A stretch of 63,704 bases of DNA, filler included, from Octopus bimaculoides (Eukaryota), in assembly GCF_001194135.2 (NCBI RefSeq). It is 3 parts of 3 records of this genome, joined end to end, with 100 filler letters (N's around TTAATTAATTAA, not from the genome) between each part and the next. Parts side by side here need not be neighbours in the genome. Positions count along the whole stretch, not along the records: positions 1 to 29,152 come from NC_068983.1; 2 more parts are not named here. One strand, written 5' to 3'. The notes beneath the pieces were generated by a model that was not told the DNA's origin, did not search any database, and saw nothing but the letters and a program-made list of their open reading frames with translations. Position 1 is the stretch's first letter; the number at the start of each line of letters is the position of its first letter. Below, in pieces: positions 1 through 11,525 of the stretch. A program made the translations under genes and the position numbers.

Positions 1-81
<81 letters not shown>

Positions 82-1084
82 GTATGTATGTATATGTGAG
101 TGTATATATATATATATGCATATATACACACAGACATATACACATGCTAACTGTCAAATGTCAACACTCACAGACTTCCAGTAACTTCTTATGACTTGTG
201 TGTTTGCTACTAAATGTGTCTTCTGATGTGATTCAGGCGACGCTCTACCACACCCTAAACAGAAGAAAGGAACCACTTATCATCATATAGAGCAGTTTCC
301 TGTAGATTTTTCTAGATCCTTTTATCATCTTATGTTTATTTTGAGCCTGATGCCTATTTCTGAACAACTTGCCAAAACACATGTCCGATTTATATAAACT
401 TAGTGACTTTTTCTTAAACTTTCTCATCCTTCACAAAAGCAGCACCGAGAGAAGTTTGGCTTCCATTTATTTTTGTTTATCTTTTTACCCACAATCTAAA
501 AGTGCTTCAGTTCAGAACAGCTACTGAAATTTTCACAAATATGCAGATACGCCCCAGTATAGAATAGAATTGTCAAATAAATTAGATGATATAAAAATAA
601 ATAAATGATACAAATTTTTTTTACTTGTGATAAGCCTACACACCATCAGAAACTATAACCAAGCGCTGCAAAGCAATGGTGGCTATAGCTCTCTCTTTAT
701 TTTTTTCCTCCTCAGCAGTGGTTACAATGGCCTCTGTCTTTAATCATTCTAATATTCCTTTTAGATGAGTTCCTGTTCAAGAATACTTAAAAAAATTGGA
801 ATCAATTACTGAAGTTGTCTGACAATCACCCAAACGCCCTTCTAATGTTCTGGAAAAAAAGATAGTGCATTAAGAACTGTGAACTTGTATAATTTATATT
901 AAGCTTATTAGAGATACTTTTTCAAGCTTCATATGTCTATCTTAAGATGTTTTCAAAATGCCAGATCGTATGGATTGTAAAAACTTCAACTTCACAAAAT
1001 TATACTGATGCTAAAAATGAGGTGAGTATTTCGGGGACACCCAATGCATATAACAAATTTTAATAAAATAATTCTAAAACCAAG

Positions 1085-1310
1085 GTGCCATATAAAAAAA
1101 GCATGGGTGATGGTGCCATGCCAAAAGCAAACCATACACTCTGTAAAGCGGTTGACATTGGGAACGGCATCCAGCTGTAGAAACTGGTGTGTGGCCCTCT
1201 GGTCTTTCCAGCTCCTGTCAAGCAGTCCAATCCGTACCAGCATGAAAAACAGATGTTAAGTGATGATGATGATGATGATGATGGTGATGATGGTGATGAT
1301 GATGATGAAT
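1085..1310 (+). mobile_element. RTE-type LINE 3' UTR fragment with (GAT)n tail
   Basis: GGCATCCAGCTGTAGAAA...CAATCCGTACCAGCATGAAAAACAGATGTTAAG followed by (TGA)n; the same end recurs at ~6.3, 11.4, 17.4, 19.4 and 51.8 kb. Confidence 0.75.
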
Positions 1311-1406
1311 CCCCTTTTGTTTTAATGTTTTGGTATACTCCACAAGAACAGATGTGATTTTCTTCAAATGTACTAGAAACTATTAATTTCATTATCAACA
1401 AGAGTT

Positions 1407-1925
1407 AAGGATGGCAAGCTAGCAGAATTGTTGGAATGCCAGGCAATAAATGCTTGGCGGCATTTTGTCTGGCTTTATATCTTAAGTTCAAATTCCATTG
1501 AGGTCAACTTTGCCTTTCCATCCATTTGGGATCGATAAAATAAGTACCAGTTGAGCCAAGGGTCAATGTGATCAACTTAACCCCTCCCACTAAACTTGCT
1601 AGCTTTGAGCCAAAATTTAAAACCACTATCAATATTCTTCTTCTTATTCTTATTCTTCTTCTTATTATTATTTTTATTATTATTATTATTCTCATTAAGG
1701 CGGTGAGCTGACAGAATCATTAGCATGCCGAGCAAAATGTTTAACAGCATTTCATCTGCCTTGGCATTCTGAGTCCAAATTCCACCGAGGTTGACTTTGC
1801 CTTTTATCCTTTCGGGGTCGATAAATTAAGCGCGAGTGAAACACTGGGGTTCATGTAATCAACTGTCTCCCTCCCATCAAATTTCAGGCCTTGTGCTTTC
1901 AATAGAAAGGATTATTATTATTATT
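1407..1925 (+). mobile_element. Two tandem copies of tRNA-derived SINE family A (1407-1630, 1697-1925), CpG-decayed
   Basis: Head AAGGCGGTGAGCTGACAGAATC (A box), B box GAGTCCAAATTCC / AAGTTCAAATTCC, body ACTTTGCCTTT..GGGGTCGATAAA, (ATT)n tails. Confidence 0.85.
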
Positions 1926-1926
1926 A

Positions 1927-2469
1927 CTAGCTGGCCCGATGCCATCAAAAGTGACGGCTAATTGTAGTATTTTATATATAAACAAGGACAAAAGATAGAA
2001 TATGGATGGTAAATGAAATTAATACACTTGTCAACGTTATCTAGTGGTTGTCTTTTGAGATGTGACATTGATCATCGTTTGTTACTGAAAGAACGCTGGT
2101 TCACACATACAAACATTCACATACTTCCCATGTACACGCACACGTATACACACATATACTCACACAGAGTTGAAACACTGTTTGATTTTTTTCTTTTCAG
2201 TCTTTTCAGTCTTGAATGTTCACCATCTCATTTATATTGTACACACACACACACACACACACACAAGCATTCACATACTTCCCTTTTACAAACACATGCA
2301 TATACTAACACAAAGTTGAAAAGCTGTTTGATTTTTTTTTCCTGTAGAATTTTCATCATCCCACTACCAGTTTGCCATCATCCCTTCCTTCCCTATTCAT
2401 CTATCATCCCTTCCTTTCTCATTTATATGTTGTGACAGAGAAAAACACAAGAGTATTGTTATAGTAGAT
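1927..2469 (+). mobile_element. Probable non-autonomous Helitron-like element with internal direct repeat
   Basis: Starts ACTAGCTGGCCCG, ends TTATAGTAGAT; internal duplicated ~90 bp unit CATTCACATACTTCCC...GTTGAAA..CTGTTTGATTTTTT (~2113-2195 and ~2268-2340) around CA tracts. Confidence 0.4.
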
Positions 2470-2481
2470 TATTATTATTAT

Positions 2482-2645
2482 TAAGGTGGTATGCTAGTGG
2501 AATTGTTAACACACCAAGCAAAAATACTTAGCAGCATTTTATCTGCCTTTACGTTCTGAGTTCAAATTCCACCAAGGTCAACTTTGTTTTTCATCCTTTC
2601 AGGGTTGATAAAATAAATACCACCTGACTTAACCCCTCACCCAAA
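2482..2645 (+). mobile_element. SINE family A copy, CpG-decayed
   Basis: AAGGTGGTATGCTAGTGGAATTG...GAGTTCAAATTCCACCAAGGTCAACTTTG. Confidence 0.8.
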
Positions 2646-2935
2646 ATAACTGGTGTTGATTTTGCTGCCCTAATCTGTGTTTCTTGCCACAAGGTAGGTT
2701 CATCTGGAACTCTTGACAGGAAGAGATCTAGTTTTGTTTTGAAGACATCGACTCCATGAAGATCCCTCAAGCTTTGTGGAAGAATATTGAAGAGTTGTGG
2801 GCCCTTGAATCCTGATGGCAATATTGCAAGTTTTACTATTATGCAGTGGTACCATGTTCTGCTGTATGAGTAACATGCAATGCCAAAGTTAGGTACAAGT
2901 TCTGGAATTTTCCAGATGTATATCACTGCCTATTT
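2645..2935 (-). pseudogene. CR1/L2-group LINE, RT C-terminal end fragment
   Basis: Translation GFKGPQLFNILPQSLRDLHGVDVFKTKLDLFLSRVPDEP matches the GPxLFNxLP...FKxxLDxFL..PDxP end motif of CR1-group ORF2. Confidence 0.8.
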
Positions 2936-3066
2936 TTCCCACCTTCATTCTAGGAATAGAGTCTTAACTTTTTTAGTCTCTCCCAGTAGCTGACATGTTG
3001 CATTGAGACAATCTTCATTGTGTAACTTCACTGGATTGCTTCGAGTTCTGATATAAATACATATAA

Positions 3067-3097
<31 letters not shown>

Positions 3098-3218
3098 TGC
3101 TTGTATTACTCTTTTATACATACACACATATATCTATGACTGGACATAGACTTGACTGCATGTAAATAAATAAACATATCCATCTATCTATCTGTCTATA
3201 TACATACATATATATATA

Positions 3219-3253
<35 letters not shown>

Positions 3254-3699
3254 CAGTAAACATGATATTGGCTTTTTTCTGTCATCTGATATCTAAATTA
3301 AACCAAACAAACAACAAAGAAAAAAAAAACAACTGCCTACTCACTTTACAAAAACCAACACTAGTTCAACTTTATCTAAGCATTTTCATAATACAATGTT
3401 ATTTTTAGTAATAACTCATCTATTTAGAAGTTTTGTCAATCAGAATATCTTAAACCATTGCCCTATTTAATATAAGGACTTACTATCAGTTGTGCTTCTT
3501 AAGACAACTTGCATAGAAAGTCCTTTCGGTCGGTTGCACATTTCAAGGTGAATCATACACATTAAGGTTGAGTGGCGCATATTGGTCTATGAAATTTGCT
3601 TGTTCTTATATTGTTTACATTATTTTTTCATGTTGTTTATTATTTTACAAAAGTTTTTTTTTAAACTAACTTAAAATCAGCTGGACTATTTTATAGAAC

Positions 3700-4085
3700 T
3701 AATAAACTTTGATAACTTTGATAACTTTGATAGGTTTTAGCCCGTATAGGCCCAGGTCATGTCTAACTTAATAGCACTACCTGCTGATGTCTTTTAATCA
3801 TATATGAGGCACCATGACCCATTCTAGCAAAGAGTTATTATTGTTGGAGACATATCCGGGTGTAGGAGGTTGGTCCGAGATTTTTTGAAGAAATTTATCC
3901 ATTGAACTTTTGAATTTTATAGGATCCGTTTCCATTTTGATGTATTTTGGTATGGTATTAAAGAGAGCTGGACCTGTTGAGGTAAAGTAGTTGTGGTGCA
4001 ATGTTGTTATGTGTCCTGAGTTCCATTTTTGTATTGGGCGGATACCATGGAGCCAAGTCTTGGGTAGATTTTAAAATTGATGCCA
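3700..4085 (-). pseudogene. CR1/L2-group LINE 3' end with (ATCAAAGTT)3 tail
   Basis: HNYFTSTGPALFNTIPKYIKMETDPIKFKSSMDKFLQKISDQPPTPGY; short UTR then a 9-bp tandem tail at ~3708-3733. Confidence 0.8.
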
Positions 4086-4350
4086 ACATCATTTGTGCAA
4101 TATTGATGGTGTATTTTACGTGCCACCTGCACAGGAGCCAGTCCGGCAGCACTGGCAACGATCTCACTCGAATGTCTTTACACATGCAACCGGCACAAGT
4201 GCCAGGAAGGTGATGCTGGGCATAGGTGCCATTACGATTTCATTTTCGCTTGCCCCAACAGGTCTTCTCAAGCCGAGTTTAGTGTCCAATGAAGTTCGAC
4301 AACGTTGGCATGGGTGCCAGTCGTCAAATTTAGTTTGATTTCGATTTCAC
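4085..4350 (-). mobile_element. RTE 3' UTR family fragment
   Basis: Reverse complement of the GGTGGCACGTAAAA / GGCACTTGTGCCGG sub-repeats seen at 6.0, 11.2 and 19.2 kb. Confidence 0.7.
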
Positions 4351-5997
4351 AGTATTCTACTTGGCTGGTTTCTTATTGTAACCTGTTTCTTCCTGATGGT
4401 CATCTAGCATTCTAGTTGGTTGACTCCCTTAAGAAGTCACTGGTTTAGTTGGCTCAATGTTTATTTTTTCCTGAGAGTCTAGTTTTGAGTAAAGAAAAAT
4501 TTCATTGGTTTAATCTGGGATAATATCAGCAACTGGTGTTTGAGAAAGTGTATTATGTTATTGTATAGTAGAATGGAATTGGGGTTTTGAATCCATGAGG
4601 AGGCCTATTACTTGAACTTTTCGATTTATATCTGTTGTCTCTGGTCGTTTTTCATGTATAAATTGGATTTTCTCTTTCTGGTGTGTTATTATAGGATATT
4701 TAGTTGTGGTTTGTATTTTTTGATGAACATACTTTCCTTATTTAATTGGAATTGTGTTGAAGTGTTTCTGGTGCATTGATAAAGAGGGAAAATTTGGTAT
4801 TTTGAATGTATGTTTGTGAAGCATTAATCTAAGTGTTTACTTACGGGATTTCTTGGTTGTGAGGTCCTGGATCTGTTGTCTATATACTGTCTGTCTGTTC
4901 CTCAAGGTCAAGCTCATTTGACTCATGTAGTCCCCACGACACCCACCACAGTGGAGAACATAAATTAAGTTCTTTGATGCACAGGTAAAATGATCTTTTT
5001 ATAGTGAATATCTGTCATATGTTGCACCTTCCATAAGATTGATGCAGGTCCCACAGTTAGAGTGGTTGTATTTTTTGAGTAGTGGGGTGTATTTTTGGTG
5101 TGTAATTTGGCACTGGTTAGTAACCTTTTTAGAGATTTGAGTTGTCTTTTACAATTAATAATCTTATGTGCTTCAAGTGTTTTTTTTTCCACAGGTTATT
5201 CAGCAAGTGTGTCATATTCTGATGGACGACATTGGATTGCTCCTTGGATTGTGTGCTTGTTAATAAGACTAAGTTTTAAGTGTGTTAGGGGGTTTTCTCA
5301 TTTATAGTAATTCTTGGATGTCTACCATTTTTCAATGTTCTGTTCTGTTTTTAATTAAACTAACCAAGTATTTTCTTTAATTTAATTTCTCAGAGTCGTT
5401 TATCTTGTGTTTCAGGATTAGATGCAATCAAGCAAAGTGTTCTTACCAAGTTAAAAGGTATATTGATTTTAGTATGCTTTGAATGGCAGGAACAGAATAG
5501 CAGATATTGTTTTGAGTCTGTTGGTTTAAATTAGATGTTGATTTCAATCTTAGTATCTTCTTTTATGATTAAAATGTACAGAAATGGTAGCTGTTTGTGA
5601 CTGTATTGCATTGTAAAGATACTGTAGCTAATAGAGTTAATTAAGTTTTTAAATTCCAAGAGTTGATCAAAGTTGTGTGACTACATTCGTCTAGGTAGCA
5701 TTTCCAGTTGGCAAGTAAGTATTTTTGAAAATTCTCAATCAATTTCAGTTTGGTATGATTGTATATTTGGACTTCTTAGTATGCCATGACAAGATTAGCA
5801 GAAGTAGGGGATAACCTCATTCCCATTGCAGTCCCAGATTTATGTCTGTAGGTGTTTCTTGTTGAAGTTAAAAAGGTTATTGTGTAAAAGGAATTTTATC
5901 CCCTCAATGATGAATCTTTTTCCAATTCAGTCAGGAATGTTATTTGGGAGTTTTCCCAGCTTGAGTTCTATTCTATATTCATGAGGAATTGAGGTGC
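4350..5997 (-). pseudogene. Penelope-like element (PLE): decayed RT + thumb + linker + GIY-YIG C-terminus + 3' region
   Basis: Minus-strand motifs TSIPHEY (~5970), SGTAMG..LSPTSANLVMAY (~5830), NWKCYLDE (YLDD-type, ~5700), QLPFL (~5585), FKPTDSKQYLLF.SCH (~5510), KRQLKSLKRLLTSAKL (~5130), KYQIFPLYQC...NKESMFIKKYKPQLN (~4700-4810); many stops and frameshifts. Confidence 0.85.
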
Positions 5998-6029
5998 GTA
6001 TATATATATATATATATATATATATTTTT

Positions 6030-6390
6030 GATCGTGATCGTTACCAGCGTCGCCTTACTGGCACTTGTGCCGGTGACATGTGAACAAAACATTCGAGTGA
6101 GGTTGTTGCCAGTGCCACTGGACTGACTCCTGTGCAGATGGCACGTAAAAAAAACACCATTTGAGCGTGGCTATTGACAGTACCACCAAACTGACCCTCA
6201 TGCCGGTGGCACGTAAAAGCACTCACTACACTCTCGGAGTGGTTGGTGTTAGGAAGGGCATCCAGCTGTAGAAACACTGCAGATCAGATTGGAACCTGCT
6301 GCAACCATCTGATTCCTCAGTCAAATCGTCCAACCCATGCTAGCATGGAAAGCAGATGTTAAACGATGATGATGATGATGATGATGATAT
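6030..6390 (+). mobile_element. RTE 3' UTR copy with (GAT)n tail
   Basis: GCCGGTGGCACGTAAAAGCAC..GGTTGGTGTTAGGAAGGGCATCCAGCTGTAG..CCAACCCATGC..GTTAAACGATGATG. Confidence 0.8.
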
Positions 6391-6399
6391 ATATATATA

Positions 6400-6452
<53 letters not shown>

Positions 6453-6855
6453 TTATGTATGTATGTACATATGTATGTATATATGTATGTATGTATATAC
6501 ACACAGAATGAGCTTCTTTCAGTTTCTGTCTATCAAATCCACTCACAAGACAGGCCAGGAGTTGGACAAGATCACATGGTATGAATGTGTATGTGTGTGT
6601 GTGTGTTGTTTTTTTTTGTTTTCTTTTTGTGTCTGTATTTATCCCCCACAACTGCTTGACATGTTGGTGTGTTTACATCCCTGTAACTTAGCATTTTGGC
6701 AAAAAGAGACTGACAGAATAAGTACCAAAAAGAGACTGACAGAAAAAAGTAAGTACTGGGTTCGATTTATTTACTACAAATTCTTCAAGGTGGTGTCCCC
6801 ACCAGGCTGTACTGTAATGACTGAAAGAAATAAAAGATGAGAGATAAAAGATATA

Positions 6856-7094
6856 CAGGATGTGGTAGAAAGGTTGGCCCGTTTTAAAAGGTTAATAAAA
6901 AACAGACACATGAAGATGCATGAATTTTGTATTTCTATGAAGTTCGTTAAATGCCATTTTTTGCCTCATTTCAGATAGTACATACCATGGTCTGGAATGG
7001 AGAGCATCGCTTTATTTGGGGGGGGGGGTTGTATTGTCATGTGTTTGTTTTTTATTAACCTTTGAAATCAGGGCAACATTTTTGCTGCACCGTG
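6856..7094. mobile_element. Tc1/mariner-type MITE, ~60-bp imperfect TIRs, TA target duplication
   Basis: Left TA|CAGGATGTGGTAGAAAGGTTGGCCCGTTTTAAAAGGTTAATAAAAAACAGACACATGA; right TCATGTGTTTGTTTTTTATTAACCTTTGAAATCAGGGCAACATTTTTGCTGCACCGTG|TA. Confidence 0.75.
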
Positions 7095-8149
7095 TATATA
7101 CAACAGGCTTCTTTCCATTTACCAAATCTACTCACAAGGCTTTGGACAGGCCAGGGCTAAAGTAGAAAACACTTACCCAAGGTGCCACACAGCGGGACTG
7201 AACTCAGGACAACATGGTCTGAATAATGTAAATGTATGTATGTGATTATATTTATTTAAATATGCCCCACCTTGTTTTCACTAATTGCAAAGAAGCTTCT
7301 GCTAAATAAGATTTCATTAACAATCTGCTTGAACATCCGTATTCATTAGCATTTCATTTTGTTTAGTAACACCTGTGAACAACAGATAGCATCTTGTTAA
7401 TTAGCTGCAGTTAATTATTAACAAAATTTGCCCTAGCAACAGCATGCATTTGTCAAAACAAAAGCTAATGCATTTACGCAACTGGAAGTGTGCACTCACA
7501 CAATTAAATTTTGAGCTAAAATATAATTTAATGAGAGATGGTTTAGTTTAATAATTTGTCTCAGCTTTCAAAGAGCTGAATAAATGATGTTTTCTATTGT
7601 GCTTTGTCACTGAGACTGTGTTCTATTCATGGAATTACTTCAAAGAGTATTTTCCATTACTCATTTGCTGGTTGAGTCCATATAGTTCTAAACAGGGAAC
7701 ATCGGCAATCATTTTTTATAGTGGACTCAGTGGAATACATAAATATAATTAACATTGTCATCGTCATCATCATCATCATCATCATCATCAACACTTAACA
7801 TCTACTTCTCCATGTTTCCGTAGGTCAGACAAATTTTATTTGAGGCAGATTTTCTACAGCTGGATGCCCTTCCTGTCACCAACACTCACGTGTTTCCAAG
7901 CAAGGTAATATTTCCCCATGGCCAAATATATTCTTGCAGAAAATGGGAAATGAATTGACACAGGTTTCTTTCGATTCCCACCAACTAAATCCACTCACAA
8001 GGCTTTGATCAGTCTGGAGCTAGAGTTGAAGACACTTGCCCAACGTACCATGCAGTGAGACTGAACCAATGACCACACAGTTGAGAAATAAGCTTCTCGA
8101 CTGCACAACCATTTTGATGTGTTTATAAACTGTAAAATCTCCCAGCTTC

Positions 8150-8570
8150 TTCTTCCCAAGGCCTTCAACAAAAGTATGGAGATATTATAAATGCAGTTGT
8201 AGTCATTGCTAGTTAGGTTTCACTTTAGTAAGAAATCTGCACAGTATGGTGTTAATTTTGATTACAGTTCTTATGTTACATACGTTGCAGACTTTCTGAA
8301 TGTTTTCAGACAATCCCTTGCAGTAAGATAGTAATGTCGAAGAACAGCAGAATTTTGTTTTATCTCTTTTATCCTTGCAAATGGCTGTGGGTGATTTTTG
8401 TTTTGTTTCTTTTTTATAACTGGTTACTTGTTATTTAAGAATATGTTTTCCAAGTAATGCATCTCTTTTGTATCTTCAGTATTATCTGATAATTTGGTGC
8501 ATATTACTTTTTACCAGATATTACCTGTAACTCTGTTTTGTCAGGTGTTCTGCTATTCCCATCTTCCCAT
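8150..8570 (-). pseudogene. Second Penelope-like (Poseidon-type) fragment, thumb end to start of GIY-YIG
   Basis: Minus translation KGLSENIQKVCNVCNIRTVIKINTILCRFLTKVKP then NCIYNI resembles the PLE linker PYxKGxSExIxRxxxxxNIRTxFK...LxxxKP..NCxYxIPC. Confidence 0.65.
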
Positions 8571-8780
8571 CATCTGTTTAGGGAAAGAGTAAAATAATTA
8601 TTGTTTCTTAATCAATACTCTAGTGAGAATATCTATACAATAAAAATAACATAATTGCTCTTGTTATGGTATGTCTAAAGAGGTTTTGTATGCAGGCAAT
8701 TACATAAAAGATGTTCAAAACCACTCAGTAATAAAAATATTTAAAATTTGTTTCTTTTCTAAATAATAAAGAAAGGTAGA

Positions 8781-9088
8781 TGCAGGAGTGGCTGTGTGGT
8801 AAGTAGCTTGCTTACCAACCACATGGTTCCGGGTTCATTCCCACTGCGTGGCACCTTGGGCAAGTGTCTGTGTGTCTGTGTTTGTCCCCCCCAACATCGC
8901 TTGACAACCGATGCTGGTGTGTTTACGTCCCCGTAACCTAGCAGTTCGGCAGAAGATACCGATAGAATAAGTACTAGGCTTACAAAGAATAAGTCCAGGG
9001 GGTTGATTTTCTCGACTAAAGGCAGTGCTCCAGCATGGCCGCAGTCAAATGACTGAAACAAGTAAAAGAGTAAAAAGAGAGTAAGAGA
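8781..9088 (+). mobile_element. tRNA-derived SINE family B (CORE-like), internally deleted
   Basis: GGAGTGGCTGTGTGGTAAG (A box), GGGTTCATTCCC (B box), CACCTTGGGCAAGTG core, 3' part ending (GTAAAAGA)n. Confidence 0.85.
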
Positions 9089-10006
9089 GACATGTTAGTC
9101 ATTCATTTCTTATTTTTTCATTTTCACAAATGTCATTTATATTTATTTATTTGGTGGCATGTTAAGAACATGGAGGCAAAGTGGCTGAGTTCCTTTCGAG
9201 TGTTGGGCCTCATGGAGGCATTATGGAATAGTAAAAAGATGCAAGATTTTTCTCAAGTTTAAACTGTGACAGGTTTTTGTCATTTATATTCCAACAACGA
9301 AGTTTTGCACCATAGTTAGATATCAGTTCCTTCCTTAGAGGAAGATTTCAAATAATTAAAAACAGAGGAGAACATGCATATGTACACGCACACACACACA
9401 CGCACTTACAGTTTGCAACACAATTGTCACTGTGCACCCTTCACTCTACTAAAAGCTAAATATATTCATAATGTGCAGTGATAAAGTTTATGAAATGCCT
9501 AGCAGTTTATGAGGCATTACAAACCATTGTGCTATGACATATACTGAGAACTTTTATTATACTGTTATAAATACATATTATACATGCGTGTGTGTGTGTA
9601 TATGCGTGTGTGTGTATTTGTAGTGCAATATGTGGATCCATAGAATCATGTTGAAAAAATATAAAACCACAAGTCTCTCGGTGCGAAAACTGATTAAAAT
9701 GAAACTTGTAGTAAAAAATAAAGTGATATTAATGACTTCCACCTTGCCTCAAGGAATATTGACGCTATCCAAGTCAATCTATAAGAATAAATTCATGCCT
9801 TGAAAGCATAGAGAATAGATCGAGGTCAAGATATTGCAATATTAAGTTTTTTTTTAGTTTGCCTCAAATTGAGATTTGTTTTTATTGTAATATGAGTTAT
9901 AAGAAGTCTCACTGTCAACGTTATTACTGTAGAAAAATTTGCCGATAGATATTTCATTTTAAATAACATCATCCAATGTTTTTAATATTTGACATTTTAT
10001 AAAACC

Positions 10007-10378
10007 TTTTAACCTCTGCCTTAGTGAAGGCGGCGGTATTGTCTTCAATCATGTTTGTTTGTTTGTTTGTCCGTGGACAAGATATCTCAAAAACTGCTGG
10101 ATGGATTTGAATGAAGCTTTCAGAGATGTTTGGCTTTATGACTGGTATGAACTGATTAGATTTTGGGATCGATCCAATACTGGATAAGGATTCTGGAATA
10201 TTTTACCTGTTTTTTACTTAATTTTTGAGAGAGGTCGGGTTCCTTTTTAATATTCTCATTTGTGAGAGCAGTTGAGTTTATTTCAGATATTCTCATTTTA
10301 AAAATCATCTCTGGCTAATCGTTGAGAGGACGTTGGTGTTGTCTTGGCAGAGTTTTGTGCAGTCTGGGTGCTCTTGTT
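10007..10378 (+). mobile_element. Helentron-associated non-autonomous element (HINE/DINE-1-like)
   Basis: 5' CTCTGCC (10014-10020) inverted to subterminal GGCAGAG (10346-10352); (GTTT)n; AAGATATCTCAAAAA..GGATGGATTTGAATGAA..GATTAGATTTTGGGATCGATCC body; 3' hairpin and CTTGTT end. Confidence 0.7.
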
Positions 10379-10685
10379 TATCATTTTTTAAATTTTATTT
10401 TTAAAAATGCTGATATAAAACACTTTATCATTGTCCATATGGAAAATTTGCCCTGTGGCAAATTTTTGTATATGGCAAAATTTCTTACGGACACTATTCC
10501 AGACATAGTAATATGTATCCTAATTACTATTTTGTGCATTCTTTTGACTTCTGATTATATACTGAACACTCCATTTTTCTACAACATAAAGATAAGCTCA
10601 AAGTATCTGGACAGAACAATAATATTCAGAATGAAACAAAATGTATTTTGTTGGGTTCATTGCTTTAAATAAAGTCCCACACATA

Positions 10686-10901
10686 GAAGGGGGAGCTGAA
10701 AAGTTCCTGGATTTGGATAAAAGAAAATACAGGAGGATCAGTTAATTATGATTTTATTCAACATATTCCCCTCTCAGATTCACATACTTATTGCTGCAGT
10801 CCTTCAGTTTTTCTGAGCCCTGTAAAAGAACTCAGAAGGTTAGGCCTCCAGCCAGGTCATTCATGATACTCTTAAGGCCAGAACTTTTCAGAACACCCTC
10901 G
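10686..10901. mobile_element. Mariner-derived MITE (copies also at ~26372-26592 and 48352-48558 in the opposite orientation)
   Basis: TIRs GAAGGGGGAGCTGAAAAGTTCCTGG / CCAGAACTTTTCAGAACACCCTCG flanked by TA; shared internal TTTTATTCAACATATTCCCCTCTCAGATT in all three copies. Confidence 0.8.
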
Positions 10902-10924
10902 TAGGTGTATGTATATATGTATGT

Positions 10925-11525
10925 ATGCATAAGACATGGGATGAGGTGTTGAAGCATGACCTTCAAAGCTGGGCCTCACAGAGGCAATGACAAAAGACCG
11001 TGACCTCTGGAGATATGCTGTGACTGAGAAGACCCAACAAATAAAGTGAGTTCACAGCTGTAAACTACACCAGTGTCACATAATCAGCCCACTCAAAAGT
11101 ACCTTGGATCATAGGGCAACATGTCATGCTTAAGGAGACCTATTGAGTCAAGTACATCAAAATCAAATCAAATCACAATCAAATGGAAATTGTAGTTGTG
11201 ATCCCCATGCTGGTGGCATGTAAAAAGCACCATCCGAACATAGCCGATGCCAGCGCCGCCTTGACTGGCTTCTTTGTCGGTGGCACGTAAAAAGCACCAT
11301 CCGATCATGGTTGATGCCAGCCCTCCCTGGTCCCTGTGCCGGTGGCCCATAATAAAGCGCCCACTACACTCTCGGAGTGGTTGGCATTAGGAAGGGCATC
11401 CAGCTGTAAAAACACTGCCAGGTCAGACTGGAGCCTGGTGCAGCCTTCTGGCTTCCCAGACACCAGTTGAACCGTCCAACCCATGCCAGCATAGAAAACG
11501 GATGTTAAACGATGATGATGATGCA
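10925..11525 (+). mobile_element. RTE LINE 3' end: last codons of ORF + 3' UTR + (GAT)n
   Basis: GLTEAMTKDRDLWRYAVTEKTQQIK* resembles an RTE RT C-terminus (AxDRxxWR); it is followed by the UTR family, showing that the (GAT)n-tailed repeat is a LINE UTR. Confidence 0.75.

Noticed and set aside
240-900. Possible decayed transposase/RT coding relics
   Set aside because: Only vague resemblance with many stops; family cannot be assigned.
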